Below are positions 42,514 to 55,622 of a stretch of 64,000 nucleotides of DNA, piece by piece. Within the stretch, counting starts at the first letter, position 1. Every line of letters begins with the position of its first letter. Position numbers and translations under genes: made by a program. This stretch comes from the human T2T-CHM13v2.0 reference genome, Homo sapiens, in the NCBI RefSeq assembly GCF_009914755.1, contig NC_060935.1; one strand, given 5' to 3'. The notes beneath the pieces were generated by a model that did not search any database, was not told where the DNA came from, and saw only the letters and a program-made list of their open reading frames with translations.

Positions 42514-43399
42514 CACACCTGTGCATGTGTGTGATGTGATTCCTGCTTCCCAGCAACGTTACTCTATAGAAAAAATGTACAACATTTTGTTGGGTAACTA
42601 GCTACCTTTGCAGTGGTCTGATTCAAAACCCTACTCCACAAACCTTTAAATTGACAATACCCTTTTCCCCTTGTCTCTTACTTCACCATGGTAATCAATT
42701 TAATTGGATTAATATCCTGCCTCATAATAAAATATCAAATATAAATGACTCAGGGATGCAGCAGCATACTATGGCCTTAAAATGAATGTAACCAATGGTT
42801 TATATAAAAACAGCTCATAGATTCTAGCCTTGAGCTGGTTTTTCATGGGGGTAAATGTCAACTACCATGAGCCAGAGACTTTTATGTGAGTTACCTTATT
42901 TACTCAGGACAACAAATAAAATAGATGTAACTATTCTCTTTTATAATTGTGGGATATGGGGTTCAAAGAATTTAACCAAATTCCTCAAGAGTGTATAGGT
43001 AGGTGGAAAGTGATAAGATCAAAATTCAATATTAAATTTTGCATATTACCTCAGCCTATGTTTTCACCATTTCCCCAATTGTGATAACTGTTCAAATTCA
43101 AGGAGGATGGGCTTAAAATAGAGGATCTTGAGAAAGGAAACGGCCGTCTGCAAATGAAGACCTGAAATCATTTAGAGGTTTACCATTATCACAAGAAAAA
43201 TGACATGCAAAATGTTTTCATTCTTTGGAAAGTGTGATGGGTTTTATTAGATTTATGTATTCAGTTGAAATCATCTTCGACAAGCTGTTTCTGGAGTATG
43301 AAGTCTATATGACAAAACCGTCATTAAAATAACAAACTGGAGTAGTTAATAATAGTTAAACTCGTCTCTATGCAAGTTTTTATCTGCCAGATTTAAAAT

Positions 43400-43612
43400 A
43401 TTCAACACAGAGAAAAGGTGATTAAATAATGGTTACCTTTAGAAGATAGTAGTTGGCACTGGGAAGGGGCACAAAAAAAAATAAGTCTGGAGCGCTAACA
43501 GTATTTTATGTTTTCATGAGGGTAGTGATGACAGAAGTGTATCTACTTTATAGAAATTCATCCGTCACCTAAAATTTGTGCACCTTAGTGTGTGCATTTC
43601 ATGTCAAAAATA
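43400..43612 (+). mobile_element. L1ME-type 3' end
   Basis: aatggttaccttt...ctgggaaggggcaca...aaattcatcc...aatttgtgcacctt. Confidence 0.65.
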
Positions 43613-43922
43613 TTTGATAAAAGATTTCAACTCTTAGAAGGATATAATATGTCATAGCAGGCCAAACATTCTCTAACAACAAGAAAAATAACACTTTAGT
43701 ATTTTAGTTTTAAAAACATCAGAATCTTAACAAACAGTCGAGAATTAACAAATTAAAATTTCAGAGCAGAGAACCTTTGTTAGGTGAACTGATAATCTCT
43801 AGCAGAACCCTTCCTTGCCTTCCTCTTCTCCCTTCTGCCCCACCCCAACAATTTCCCATAGCCTCTAAGTATTGAGTTTGGCACAAGCAGAGGGCCTTTA
43901 AAAGGGAAAAGGAAATCAGCAA

Positions 43923-44240
43923 GGCCAGGCGCTGTAGCTCATGCCTGTAATCCCAGCACTTTGGGAGGCCGAGGCAGGTGGATCACCTGCAGTTGGGAGT
44001 TCGAGACAAGCCTGACCAACATGGAGAAACCCCCATCTCTACTAAAAATACAAAATTAGCTAGGCATGGTGACGCATGCCTGTAATGCTAGCTACTCAGG
44101 AGGCTGAGGCAGGAGAATCACTTGACCCTGGGAGGTGGAGGATGCAGTGAGTCAAGATCTGCCATTACACTCCAGCCTGGGCAACAAGAGTGAAACTTCG
44201 TCTCAAAAAAAAAAAAAAAAAAAAAAGAAAGAAAGAAAGA
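43923..44240 (+). mobile_element. AluSp-like
   Basis: ctgaccaacatggagaaacccc diagnostic; TSD gaaatcagcaa at 43912-43922 and gaaaccagcaa at 44239-44249. Confidence 0.93.
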
Positions 44241-44400
44241 AACCAGCAATGCATTCAGTGGCCATATAAGTCTGGAGAAACAAATTAAATACTTGGGAAC
44301 CTCAAACTCAAAGATGGTTTACAAATGCTGAATTCTAGGGTTGCCCAGAGGCTGGGGAATTATAGAGCTTTCAAAAGGAAAAGGAAAATGAAATCTTCTA

Positions 44401-44402
<2 letters not shown>

Positions 44403-44447
<45 letters not shown>
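44403..44447. repeat. (GT)n microsatellite
   Basis: About 22 perfect GT units. Confidence 0.95.
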
Positions 44448-44450
<3 letters not shown>

Positions 44451-45324
44451 ACACACCTAGGAAGCAATATTCTTCATGGGAAGAGATCAACTTCAATTAT
44501 ATAGCAGATATTTTCCTCATGATATTTATCAGAATATGAAGTTTCTTAGAGCATGAAGTTGGAGACTTGGAAACCTCTCAAGGTTAGAGATACGTCACCT
44601 AAAGTTTTTGTAAGCTGAGAGGGTAGATACTGACCAGTTTTCCAAAAAAAAAAAAAAAGAAAAAAGAAAAGAAAAGAAAAGAAAAAAAGGAAAAAAAATC
44701 AAGTTAGCCAGTAAATGCTCAATTCCTGATTTAATTGAGGCAATCAATCCCCTACCCAATCTGCCTAACTGATGAAGGGGGAAACCTTCCTGGGAGTAGA
44801 TAGCTGGTCTTTTACTTCTTGAAAAACCTTGACCTCTTCACGCAAATTGATACATTTCTTTCTAAGTGACTGTCTTTTCATAACAAGGTTTTAGTTTGTC
44901 TTCTATGGCACTTGAGCCATAGGAGATATTTTACTCTTAATCCCAGGTCAAGGCACTTTACTTCCAAAGTGTCATATATTCTGAAGAATAAGATCTGCAT
45001 TAGCAAGAAACATGCTTTATGGAAATCAGTTGCTCCTCTTTGGGCAAGCTGAGTTGACTGATAGAATTTGATGAATGTATGTTGGATTGAATTGAGCAAT
45101 CTTTTCAAGAATTTAGGGCAGTTTTTAAAACCTTTTTACTAAGTATAAAAATGCTTACAAAGACTAAACGATTGTTTCTAATCAAATAGCAAATTATTAA
45201 CTGAGCTGAGAGACTACAAGACACACTCCAGTGGTTTCTGGATATCGTTGGTATGCATCAAAATTACTTGGGAAGGTTACAAAGCAGATACCAGGTCCCA
45301 TAAGAATTAAGAAAAACTGCTTCA

Positions 45325-46150
45325 TTGAAAGAGTTCAGACTTTGGATTCAGATGGGTCTGAATTCCAGCTTTGCCTCTGATTAACTTTAGAACAGTTAAT
45401 TAAAATCTCTAAACCGAATTTCTTCAGTTGTCATGTCAAAAGAACTAAACAATCCTTGGCTTATTCCTGGAGCTGGTGTAAAGGTTAAGTGACACACATA
45501 AATACTGTTAATCCCAAAGTATCTGAGACAGGTCTCAATCAATTTAGAAAGTTTATTTTTCCAAGGTTAAGGATGCACCTGTGACACACCTTCAGGAGTT
45601 CCTGATAATGACATGTGCCTAAGCTTGCTTTTATACATTTTGGAGAGACATAATACATCAATCAATACATGCAAGACTTATATTGGTTCCATCTAAAAGG
45701 GTGGGACAACTCATAGCAGGGGCTTCCAGGTCATAGGTAGATCTAAAATTTTTCTGATTGGCAATTGGTTGAAAGAGTTATTTTCAATATAAAAGAATGT
45801 CTGGGTTACAATAAGGGGTTGTGGAGACCAATGTTTGATCATGCAGTTGAAGTCTCCAGGTAGCAGGCTTCGGAGAGAATAGATTGTAAATATTTCTTAT
45901 CAGACTTAAGGTCTGTGGTAATGTTAATGTTAGTTGGCTTTTCCTGAATTCCAAAATGGAGGAGGATATAATGAGGCACGCCTGACACCCCCTTCTCTTC
46001 ACAGCCTGAAATAATTTATCAAGTTAACTTTGGAATGCCCTGGGTTGAGAGAAGGTGTCCATTCAGAGGGTTGAGGGGCCTTATAATTTTATTTTTGTTA
46101 TAATATATAAGATAGCATGCAGCACATAATACATGCTCCATAAATATTTA
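45325..46150 (+). mobile_element. MIR split by MER4A
   Basis: cagactttggattcagatgggtctgaattccagctttgcc... resumes after the LTR as agcacataatacatgctccataaatatt. Confidence 0.6.
45506..46102 (-). mobile_element. MER4A solo LTR
   Basis: tatctgagacaggtctcaatcaatttagaaagtttatt...ggtagcaggcttcggagagaatagattgtaaat; flanks atac/atat. Confidence 0.9.
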
Positions 46151-46809
46151 TTTACTTTCCCTTCCTTGGGCTAGAACCCATTCCCACCTACCTTTTAGCC
46201 CTGTGATCATTTTGGTAAATTTAAGTAGAAATCTTTTGAATTGGTCAAGTCTGTTGAATAGCCACACAGTAGGCAGATGATAGAAACTCACAAAATGGAT
46301 CTTAGGTACTAGAAAGAACCTTTCCGGATTCTGACTCACCCAGAAGGTATAAAGGTCCAGGACACGTGGGTAATAGTCGCCAGCAAACACACAGAACATC
46401 GGGGCCAAGACAAGACCAGTAGTTTGGCTTACAAGTTCCAAAAGTTTAAATAACTGCCTTGAGGAAACAGGGTAATTGGAAGTAAATTTGACAGAGAGCT
46501 TGTGAAGCAAGCTTTTCTTAGGCAGGTGTTTTAAAGAATCCCCTGTGAGAAGCAAATGCCTGCAAACTTAGTGAATTTCAGAATTCAACCACCACCTCTG
46601 ACAGGTTCTGTGACAAGCAAAATCTATTCAGGCCAAGAAAAAGGATGGTCTTTTTCCTCCTTTTAATTGCACATTCTCATTTCTCTTACTCTTTAATAAT
46701 AGATTGTTATAAAATTTAGCCAAATATCCTAGCACTCTAGGAAAATCATGCAAAATAAAAAAAATCAGCAATTAAAATATAAAAATACTATTGATTAATC
46801 TTGTGCAGA

Positions 46810-47470
46810 TCAATACAATTTACAAAGCACTTTACATATGCAGTATCCTCTAGAAAGCATATGACAGCTACATTATGTAGATATTATCATCATAATTAAC
46901 ATACAAGTGAGGATACTGAAACTTAGAAAGGGTAAGCAAATTGCCAAACTGGCAAGTAACAATGCGAGGATTCAATTCTGTATTTGTACTCTTTTTATTT
47001 GTCCATTTAATTGTCTATTTATTTAATTATTGCAGAAATATTTATTGATATCTTACTGTGTGCTAAGGTGCTGAGTGCTTGGTATTTAAAAGCCAAGAAG
47101 CATAGTGCTGATTTTTAAAGAAGTCATAGATCAATATGGGGATAGAGTTTTAAAGAAGTAATTCCAATTACGTACGATGAATTTAAAAGAGTAGATAATT
47201 GAGAAATTAGACGAGATACATGAAAAAATAATCAACTTTGCTTAGATTATCAGCCAAAAATTAGAGTTTTTATTCAATGGGTAGTTACTATGGTATTAAG
47301 TCCTTTAAAGGTATTATTTCATGTAATCCTAAATATATTGTATGTATTAGGGATTTTTATCTCATTTTCTAAATGATTAACCTAAGGTGCAGAGCAGTGA
47401 TAACAAGTCATGGTTGCACAGCTAGTAAGTAATGAGAACTACGTCTGTTTGCTTCCAAAGCTCCAGCCCA
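46810..47470 (-). mobile_element. Cluster of MIR and L2 fragments
   Basis: MIR cores (gaggatactgaaacttagaaagggtaagcaaattgcc; ttgcacagctagtaagt) and an L2 3' end (aaatatttattga...tactgtgtgctaagg). Confidence 0.6.
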
Positions 47471-48593
47471 CAACCATTATATATATTGTATCTGAGACAG
47501 TCTTCCAGGAGGAGATGCTTTGGCTTGGTACTGAAGACTGCAGGTGTTTATTCACTAGACATGTTGGGAATGATACTTCAGGAGAAGAGAGCAGCATGCA
47601 CAAACTCTAGAGGTTGGAGACAAGCCCCTGGGTCTGTGGAGCCCCGTGGAGTTCAGTATTGTTGATTTATTACCACCCTTGAAGGGTGTTGAGCTGTGAG
47701 GCTGAAGAGATAGCCCTTGACCATATCACAGGCTGTCCTAAAAAGCCTACAAGATGAGTGGGTGTGGTTCAGAATCACTAAAAGATCTAGGCCTCCAAAG
47801 TACATAGTAGGATTACTACTTTGGAGTAATTAAACTGTAACATTGTGATTCAGTCTAGCTTCTGTAGCTAACCAGTAATTCACCCAATTAAGACATATTC
47901 TTACATTTCTTAAAACATGTCCTTAAGGAATACGGAAATGAACAGAATAGGAAGTTTGGTGGAAATAATACAACACAGATGCTGTTCAGTTAGGCAAGCC
48001 TTCTTGCTTCCTCTAATTTTTTTTCTCTAATGAGAAATGCTAGTCATGAATATAATCTGCACTGGTCACCAAAATTTGTGAACATCCCATATAGCTTCAT
48101 ATCAAACTGTGTAGTACATTGTGAAAGGCAAGAAACATACACTTAGTTATTTATTATACCCACCCCTAATCACCCTTTGAGGACCTAACCCTCCCGGTGT
48201 GTTGGCATAGTAGTAGCAGGTTTTTTTGTAGCACAGATGTCAGTCTGATACTGACTGCTTCCTTACAACAATTTAGGGAAGGGAAGGAAGGCCTCAGGCT
48301 TGGACTTGCTTACTGAAAACAGGACTGGTGCTGGGGGAGCTGACTGACCTGCAGATCTTGAAGGAAGGTTGAGTCTGACTGAGGGTTATGGTCATAACAA
48401 GGTGTGGTCCAGGCAAACAATGGGTGTCCAGGATGAAATGGTAGTTATTGTCCACAGGGGAAAGAGCACAGAGGCCTGGAAGAGGAGGAGAAAGACTAGG
48501 TATCTAAGTGTTCAGGCAATCAACTGTTGGAAGGCTGGTCAGAACAGGGCTGGAATTTCATGCCTAAATATTGTCCTCTGCCTCCAGCCTAAT

Positions 48594-48902
48594 GTTTTTA
48601 CTTTTCTTTTTCTTTTCTTCAGAGATAGGGTTTTGCTCTGTCACCCAGGCTGGAGAGCAGTGGTGTGATCAATGCATGCTGTAAACTCAAATTCCTGGCT
48701 GTGATTGATTTCTCTGCCTCAGCCTCCTGAGTAGCTGGGACTACAGGTGCATGCCACAACACTTGGCTAAATTTATTTTTTATAGAGATAAGGTCTCGCT
48801 ACATTGCCCAGGCACTGGTCTTAAACCCCCAGCCTCAAGTGATCTTCCCACTTTGGTCTGCTAAAGTGCTAAGATTACAGCTGTGAGCCCCAGAGCCTGG
48901 CT
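48594..48902 (-). mobile_element. AluJ
   Basis: Diverged dimer (agggttttgctctgtcacccagg; ttgcccagg; cctcaagtgatc); TSD cctccagcctaat / cctccagtctaat. Confidence 0.9.
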
Positions 48903-50804
48903 CCTCCAGTCTAATTTCCGACTGCCAGGAAGCAGTCTCATATTCCATTTCCAGTGAGAAGACAGTTACTGCTCTGACCAAAACACGGCTTCTTTTGTTT
49001 GTTTCACATGCCTAAAAAAAATGGCCATACGTAAATTCCACATGGTTCATTAATTATTCTCCAATTCATGTTTCTCACATGTTTTGCTACATTAAGTTTC
49101 CTAAGGAAGTTCCAGTCATCATTTTTCTGCTCCAGATCTTCCCGAGTATTCACTGCCTTCTACAATATGACTGCAGTTTTAGTCTAATTTCTATTGTTTT
49201 CCCACAGACAGGTATCATATATAGTATTTTATCATCAAAGTAGATCATTTTCACCACCACCTCATGTTTATCTCAGGCTTTGCTCTTGTTGTGACTTTGC
49301 TTATATTTTCCCTAGATCTCTAGATGTGCTAATTCTACTCATTAATTCTTCAAGGAGCTCTTTTCATGAAGCATCTCCTTATCTGTATCTAACTGATTAT
49401 CTCTTCTTTTGAAATTTATTTTATTTACACTTACTACTTCTACAGAACCAAAGTTTCTCATAAATAATCAAGAAAAGTATACTCCATGAAGAAAAATACA
49501 TAAAGGCTTATTTTTAAGATAAAAGGTATTTTGGTTTTAATATTATCTACAGACCCGATACTCCATAAGATGCATTGGTAGAGAAAATAGTACTTTTTCA
49601 ATAACTTCTCAAAAGTATATACTGTGGTTTTATTTTGCAAACTTACTCCAAAACTTGTGTGGTCCTGCTTTGCTGAAAGGGTTAATGAAGCTAAGTCCAG
49701 GCTCAATGAAGAGGAAACCCATCATTTATTAGTTATGTCTGCCGTGGACAGTATGACCTGGGGAAACAAACTGGAAGCAAGAAGGCCAAGTACTTATTGT
49801 CACTGAATAAAATAGTAAAATAATAGGTTATGTGCTGGGGTCATGAAGTAAGGGAACCAAGAAGGGAGCATAAGTTGGTGGAAGGAATGCACTCTGGGTC
49901 CCTTGACAGCCTCTATTTCTGGCTCACTCTCTGATCATGGGGAAATGACATAACCTTGCTTTGAAGCTGTGGAGTGAGTAGTTCTATCCAGTGATCTCTA
50001 AGGTATCTTCTATCTCTAACCATGTTTTAAGGTTCTTTTTCTAATTAGTATGTTCAGTGACAAGATATATTGGTGATCATTAATTATTTGTTTCTAAATA
50101 TCACACCATTCATTGACCTGTCATTGTCTAAACACATCAAAAGCATCCCAAATCATAATCATCTCATCTGCAGTTAATATCACCTCATATGAAAGATGAA
50201 ATGTTAACATTGTGCTTTAAGTAGTATGAATGATTAGGTTAAAAAGGCTGTTAGACTCAAGATCTGAAATACACGTTCACATACATACATTTGCGAAATT
50301 TAGATGCTTATGACAGCTGACATGATAGAAACTATAACTTCAAATTTTTCAAATACATATGAGAACTGGAAAAATTATGAATTAGAAGCACCAGCATTAA
50401 ACAAATATTTAGTGTTTTTAATTTGGAAAATGTTACAATAGTTACTATAAGAGGTGTAAAGGAGAGTTCTGAATTACTAGTTAGCTAACAGCCTAATCAT
50501 ACAGACATGACATTTTCATCAAATTCAATTCATGAAAACAATGCACAAATACTATATACCAAGCATTGTATAAGCTATTCAGGACATGGTCATGAACAGA
50601 TAAATATTGATCCTGTACTCACAGAGACTACAAATAAAGGGCTCTTAAAAATCGATTATTTAAAACCCTTAAATGAAGAAACAGAGATACAGAGGAATTA
50701 ACTACTTTCTAAGATCAAAATTGTAGTTAAGTGAAAGAGTCAAGTTAATAACATATGTCTTGGAGTTCTGGTCCAATACTGCTTCTATGGCTCACATGGT
50801 AATA

Positions 50805-51875
50805 TGATTATTTAAATTAAAGTATACTTTATGTACAGTGAAATGCACAGGTCCTAATTTTAAAAGCTACTGTTTTGGAAAAGTATATGTGTGTGTATCC
50901 AACAACCTAAAGACGTTATAGAACACTTATATTACCTTAGAAAGTTTTTTCATGCCTCTTTCAACTAATCTTCACCCTCTCCACAGGCAACTATTTTTCT
51001 AATTTGTATCACCATAAATTACTTTTGCTTCTTGAGTATTTTATAAATCATACATATGTCTATTATCCATTTGAGGGATGTTGGATGGCTCTAATATTTT
51101 TGTGTTGTTTTTGCTAATACAATTAGAGCTGCTATAAACATTTTGTATGAGTTGTTTTATGGCCATACATTTTCATTCCTCCTTAGTAAAGAACTAGGAG
51201 TATAATTGGGTGATTGGAGTAGGCTTATTTTTAATTTTCAAAAAAAACCCACCAGTTTTCCAAAGTAGCTACTCTATTTGATAGTCCTACCAGCAGTAGC
51301 AAGAGTTTCAGCTATTCTTGCCAATTTTTGTTTACAGTCTTTTTAATTTTAGCTATTTTCCTAAGTGTGAAATGGAATCTCATTGTGGTTTTAATTTGCA
51401 TTTTTCCTGATAATTAATCATGTTGAGCATCATTTCATGAGCTTATTCTTCCTTCATATACCTTCTTTTGCGAAGTTTCTATATTCAAAATTTTTCTCAT
51501 TTAAGCATTGAATTCATTTTGTCTTTTTAACTTGTAGGATTTGTTTAAATATTCTAAATATAATTATATATATTATATATAATGATTGTGTATATAAATG
51601 TGTATACATATATAGATATTCCCAGTCAGCAAGCTTCACACACACACACGCACACACACACACACACACAGCCTTCTTATTTTTCTAAATCTACTGTTTA
51701 TCATTAAATAATTATTTTTATTATTTTTTATTTCTGACAAAGCCCAAAATCCTATTTCTAATCATTTTATTAGTCATTGTTTCCCTTTCTCAACAACTTT
51801 TGCCATCCCAAGATTGTAAAGATATTTTCCTATGTTTTCTTTTAGTTTTTCTAATTTTATTTTTATGCTTTAGGT
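50805..51875 (-). mobile_element. Old L1M 3' fragment containing TA/CA repeats
   Basis: gtacagtgaaatgcacag; gtgtgaaatggaatctcattgtggttttaatttgcatt...tgttgagcatc. Confidence 0.8.
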
Positions 51876-53070
51876 TACAGCCTCAGCAACAGAAAGTCAA
51901 AAAATGCCAGTACTTTACATAAACTCTGCCTCGTACGTGGAAGAAGCATGGCTGGAACTGACAGACTTCAGTGCACACTGCTATGGGAAATGGAGTGAAT
52001 AGAGCATTAACTAAAAGACATATGGCATCACTTAGACAAAGTACCTTATTGGGAGGTCAAGATGGTGATAGTTAAAGAGGACATTTGATTTTAATATGCC
52101 TCCTTCTTACAACCTCTCAATGGTAAGCTAAAAATGATAAACATAACCATAATATTACATTATATTAATAAAGTGAAAACTACTATTGTTTATGTATTTG
52201 CTTTTGTTTTTATATTTAATGTTTATATATAATTATATACATAATATCATGATGTTGTTATATATAGTGCTTTCATATAATGTCAAATGACTAGATTGAT
52301 TTTATTTAAAAATCAAAACAACAATCAAAACAGCCTGTTTTATTAAAATTGACCATTACTTGCTTGAACTACTACTATGTCCATTAGGCAGTTTAGAGAC
52401 CATCATTAATGATAACAACATTAAAACACACACACACACACACACACACATACACTTGGAATAAATCCCTCCAGTGACAGAGTATGTATTCTAGTATACT
52501 TTGTGTCTTCAAAATTTTGCCCTAGTATGGGAATGCACTATTAAGTCCCATATTATTTATTGATTGCTAAATGGGTATTAATAAAAATAGGGATCACACA
52601 TTTGCACAATGCCTTAAGTTTCCAAAGCTCATGTTTATTTGACTCCCATAAAGGTAGAATTACTTTGTAGAAGGTAGTAGACTACATTTGTAGTCTTTGT
52701 AGAAGACTTGGTAGAATGACCATTTATTTCAATTATTTTATCAAAAAGGCAAAATCCAAAAGAGTTAGATGACTTACATAAGTACAGAAAACATTCAGTA
52801 GTAGAGCCAGAACTTAATTATAGATCTTCATAGCTCAAAGCTTTGTCTCATGGATGTGAAATTCTGAATGTGATTGACTTGTGGAATCACATTCTGACTT
52901 CTGACTGTTTTGAAGAGGGATGTACCATTCATATCATTTACAGTCACTAATTTATAGTAAATCCATTTTATCATATATGGAACACCTATTGACCAGTCAA
53001 TCCTTGAGCCCTTTGTTGCAATGGATTAAAAGGCTATATCTGGGCTTGGCAGAAACGAGCAGTAGAATTA

Positions 53071-53409
53071 TAGTCATGCATCACCTGATAGGGATACCTT
53101 CTGAGGAATGCATCTTCATTATGCGACTTTGTCATCATGCAAACACTATAGAGTGCACTTATGCAAACCTGGATGGTATAGCCTAATACACACCTAGGCT
53201 ATACGGTAAACTCTATTGCTTCCAAGCTACGAATCTGTACAGCATGTTACTGTACTGAATACTGTAGGCGATTACAACACAATGCTAAGTAATTTGTGTA
53301 TCCAAACATAGAAAAGGTATAGTAAAAATATGGTATTATTATCTTATGGGGCTACAGTCATATATGCATTTCATCATTAACTGAAATGTTACTATGCAAT
53401 ACATGACTA
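53071..53409. mobile_element. Tigger3a (MER7/Golem-type) TcMar MITE
   Basis: TIRs tagtcatg...catgacta with TA flanks; cacacctaggctata; gtacagcatgttactgtactgaatactgtaggc. Confidence 0.88.
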
Positions 53410-54801
53410 TAGTGATATTGTCTGTGGGTGTGAGAAAAATAACTCAGTTCAGGCTCTAACATATACTTGTCATCCCTATGATAAGGCATTGTCTTTTTAA
53501 GAAGACACACATTAAAAAGGATGTTGTTTAACCTATATAGTATGGTATCACCCATTCCCATATAGAGTGTGGCATTTGATGGATGATTAAAATATCACAG
53601 CATAATAGTTGCTGGCTTTTTAGGAAGGCATAGTGTGCACACTATAAACAATCCAGGAGAAGAAATGTTTCATGCCATTAAACTTACTCATTCAAAAGAT
53701 ACTGATTAAGCATAGAGTATGTAATCAAGCTGTTTTTTTTTCTAATTTCAATGATCACAAGTAACACCTCACTGAACATTTTTGTATATAGACTTTTTGT
53801 TAGCATTTTAGAATTTTTCTTTAGGATAGATTGTTATATAATAGCAACTTGATATATTCTACCAATATGATTTTCAAGAAGCTTTCATGTTAAAACATAG
53901 ACATCATTAAAAATGATGATGTAATTGAAAGAATAACCGAAAGATATACAGTTTCTCTGTGGCAAAGGATGTAGAAAATAACTGTAAAAGGGCTGTACAA
54001 AGTGGGAAGCATTGCAACATGCTCTTGAATGAAGGTCTGTGTTTTCCATATGTGCCAAAGCTACCTGTTGGGGCATCCAGGTAACTTTGATGCCATCTAT
54101 CTGGAGTAAAGATTCAGCAATGTACGAGAAGCTCATATTCACTTTCTCAGCTTCCTTGCTGTTCTCGGCTGTTTTTGGAGAGTCGATGTGATTGCTATGC
54201 CAGCTTAGTCACTAGGTTTAAATAACTGGGGGAAAAAATGTTCAGTAGATTCTTGTGTTATCTATGAGAATGGTTGCTCACTTAGGGTCCATTTCTAAAC
54301 TACAGTACACTTGCACTATTTTAAAGCTATATAATACACAAAGTTAAGTGATACACAATTAGTTGTTTTATGAGTTTCAGGTGATTAAAATACACAATAA
54401 ATGCTACAGATGCAGGAGTGCAAGACAGAGGAAGACATAATCCTAGAACAGTACAACTGGACAATTGATGGTAGTAAAAGACAATAGGGACCACTAAGAA
54501 CAAACTTTATAAGTCAGCAAACTCTAAGATCTGCAATAACTGTCTCTAAAACCTCAAAAGCCAACAGAGGGTAGTGGCAGGTGTATTAATAGCAAAGTGG
54601 TGATAATACTAAGACCTAATGTCAGATAATATGGATAATTTTCATGGGTCATCCTATTACTGTATGAAATTGAATACCTCACTTGGAATCTCTCAGTGAC
54701 AGTTGCCTTGTCATATGAAAAAGTAACAATTGTCTACCTTTTCCTAATTTATGGACATTTTATAAGGATTAGAAACTTAAGCTATGTTAAAATGCTTTGT
54801 T

Positions 54802-55092
<291 letters not shown>

Positions 55093-55269
55093 TGCTTTGT
55101 CAACTGTTAACACTATATAAATATTTAGCACTCTCGTCTTGGCTCTACAGTCTACATCATTAGAGAGTTTTGAAGTTTGGGTGATTTTTGCTTTAACTGT
55201 TGATCATCAGTATACTTTGCTAGGCCTTCAAACTCTTATTACTGTCTTCTCCAGCTTCAACTCTCTTAT

Positions 55270-55622
55270 CCCCTACATAGACAGAACTGTCCACACATAT
55301 TTCATAACTTGTATATACTCAACCATGCCATATTTTGTTTCCATCCCTGAAATTCCTTACTTTTTCCATACTAGCTAACTTCTTTCTTACATGCTACAAT
55401 TTAAATATACACTTCTCTTTGAATCTTCTCTGACTCATTTAACTGATTGTAACTACTTCTCCTCTGTGCCTCTATGCAACTTGGTATATACATATTTCTA
55501 TTATCCAACCCATCATTTAATATTCATTAATGAATACACCATTCTTCTTATATTGTGAACTAATTAAAGAAATGCCTCATGCCTTATTTATTCAAGTAGG
55601 TCAATGCAAAATGAATGAATAA
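55270..55622 (+). mobile_element. L2 3' fragment
   Basis: Decayed L2 3' region ending aatgaatgaat. Confidence 0.5.
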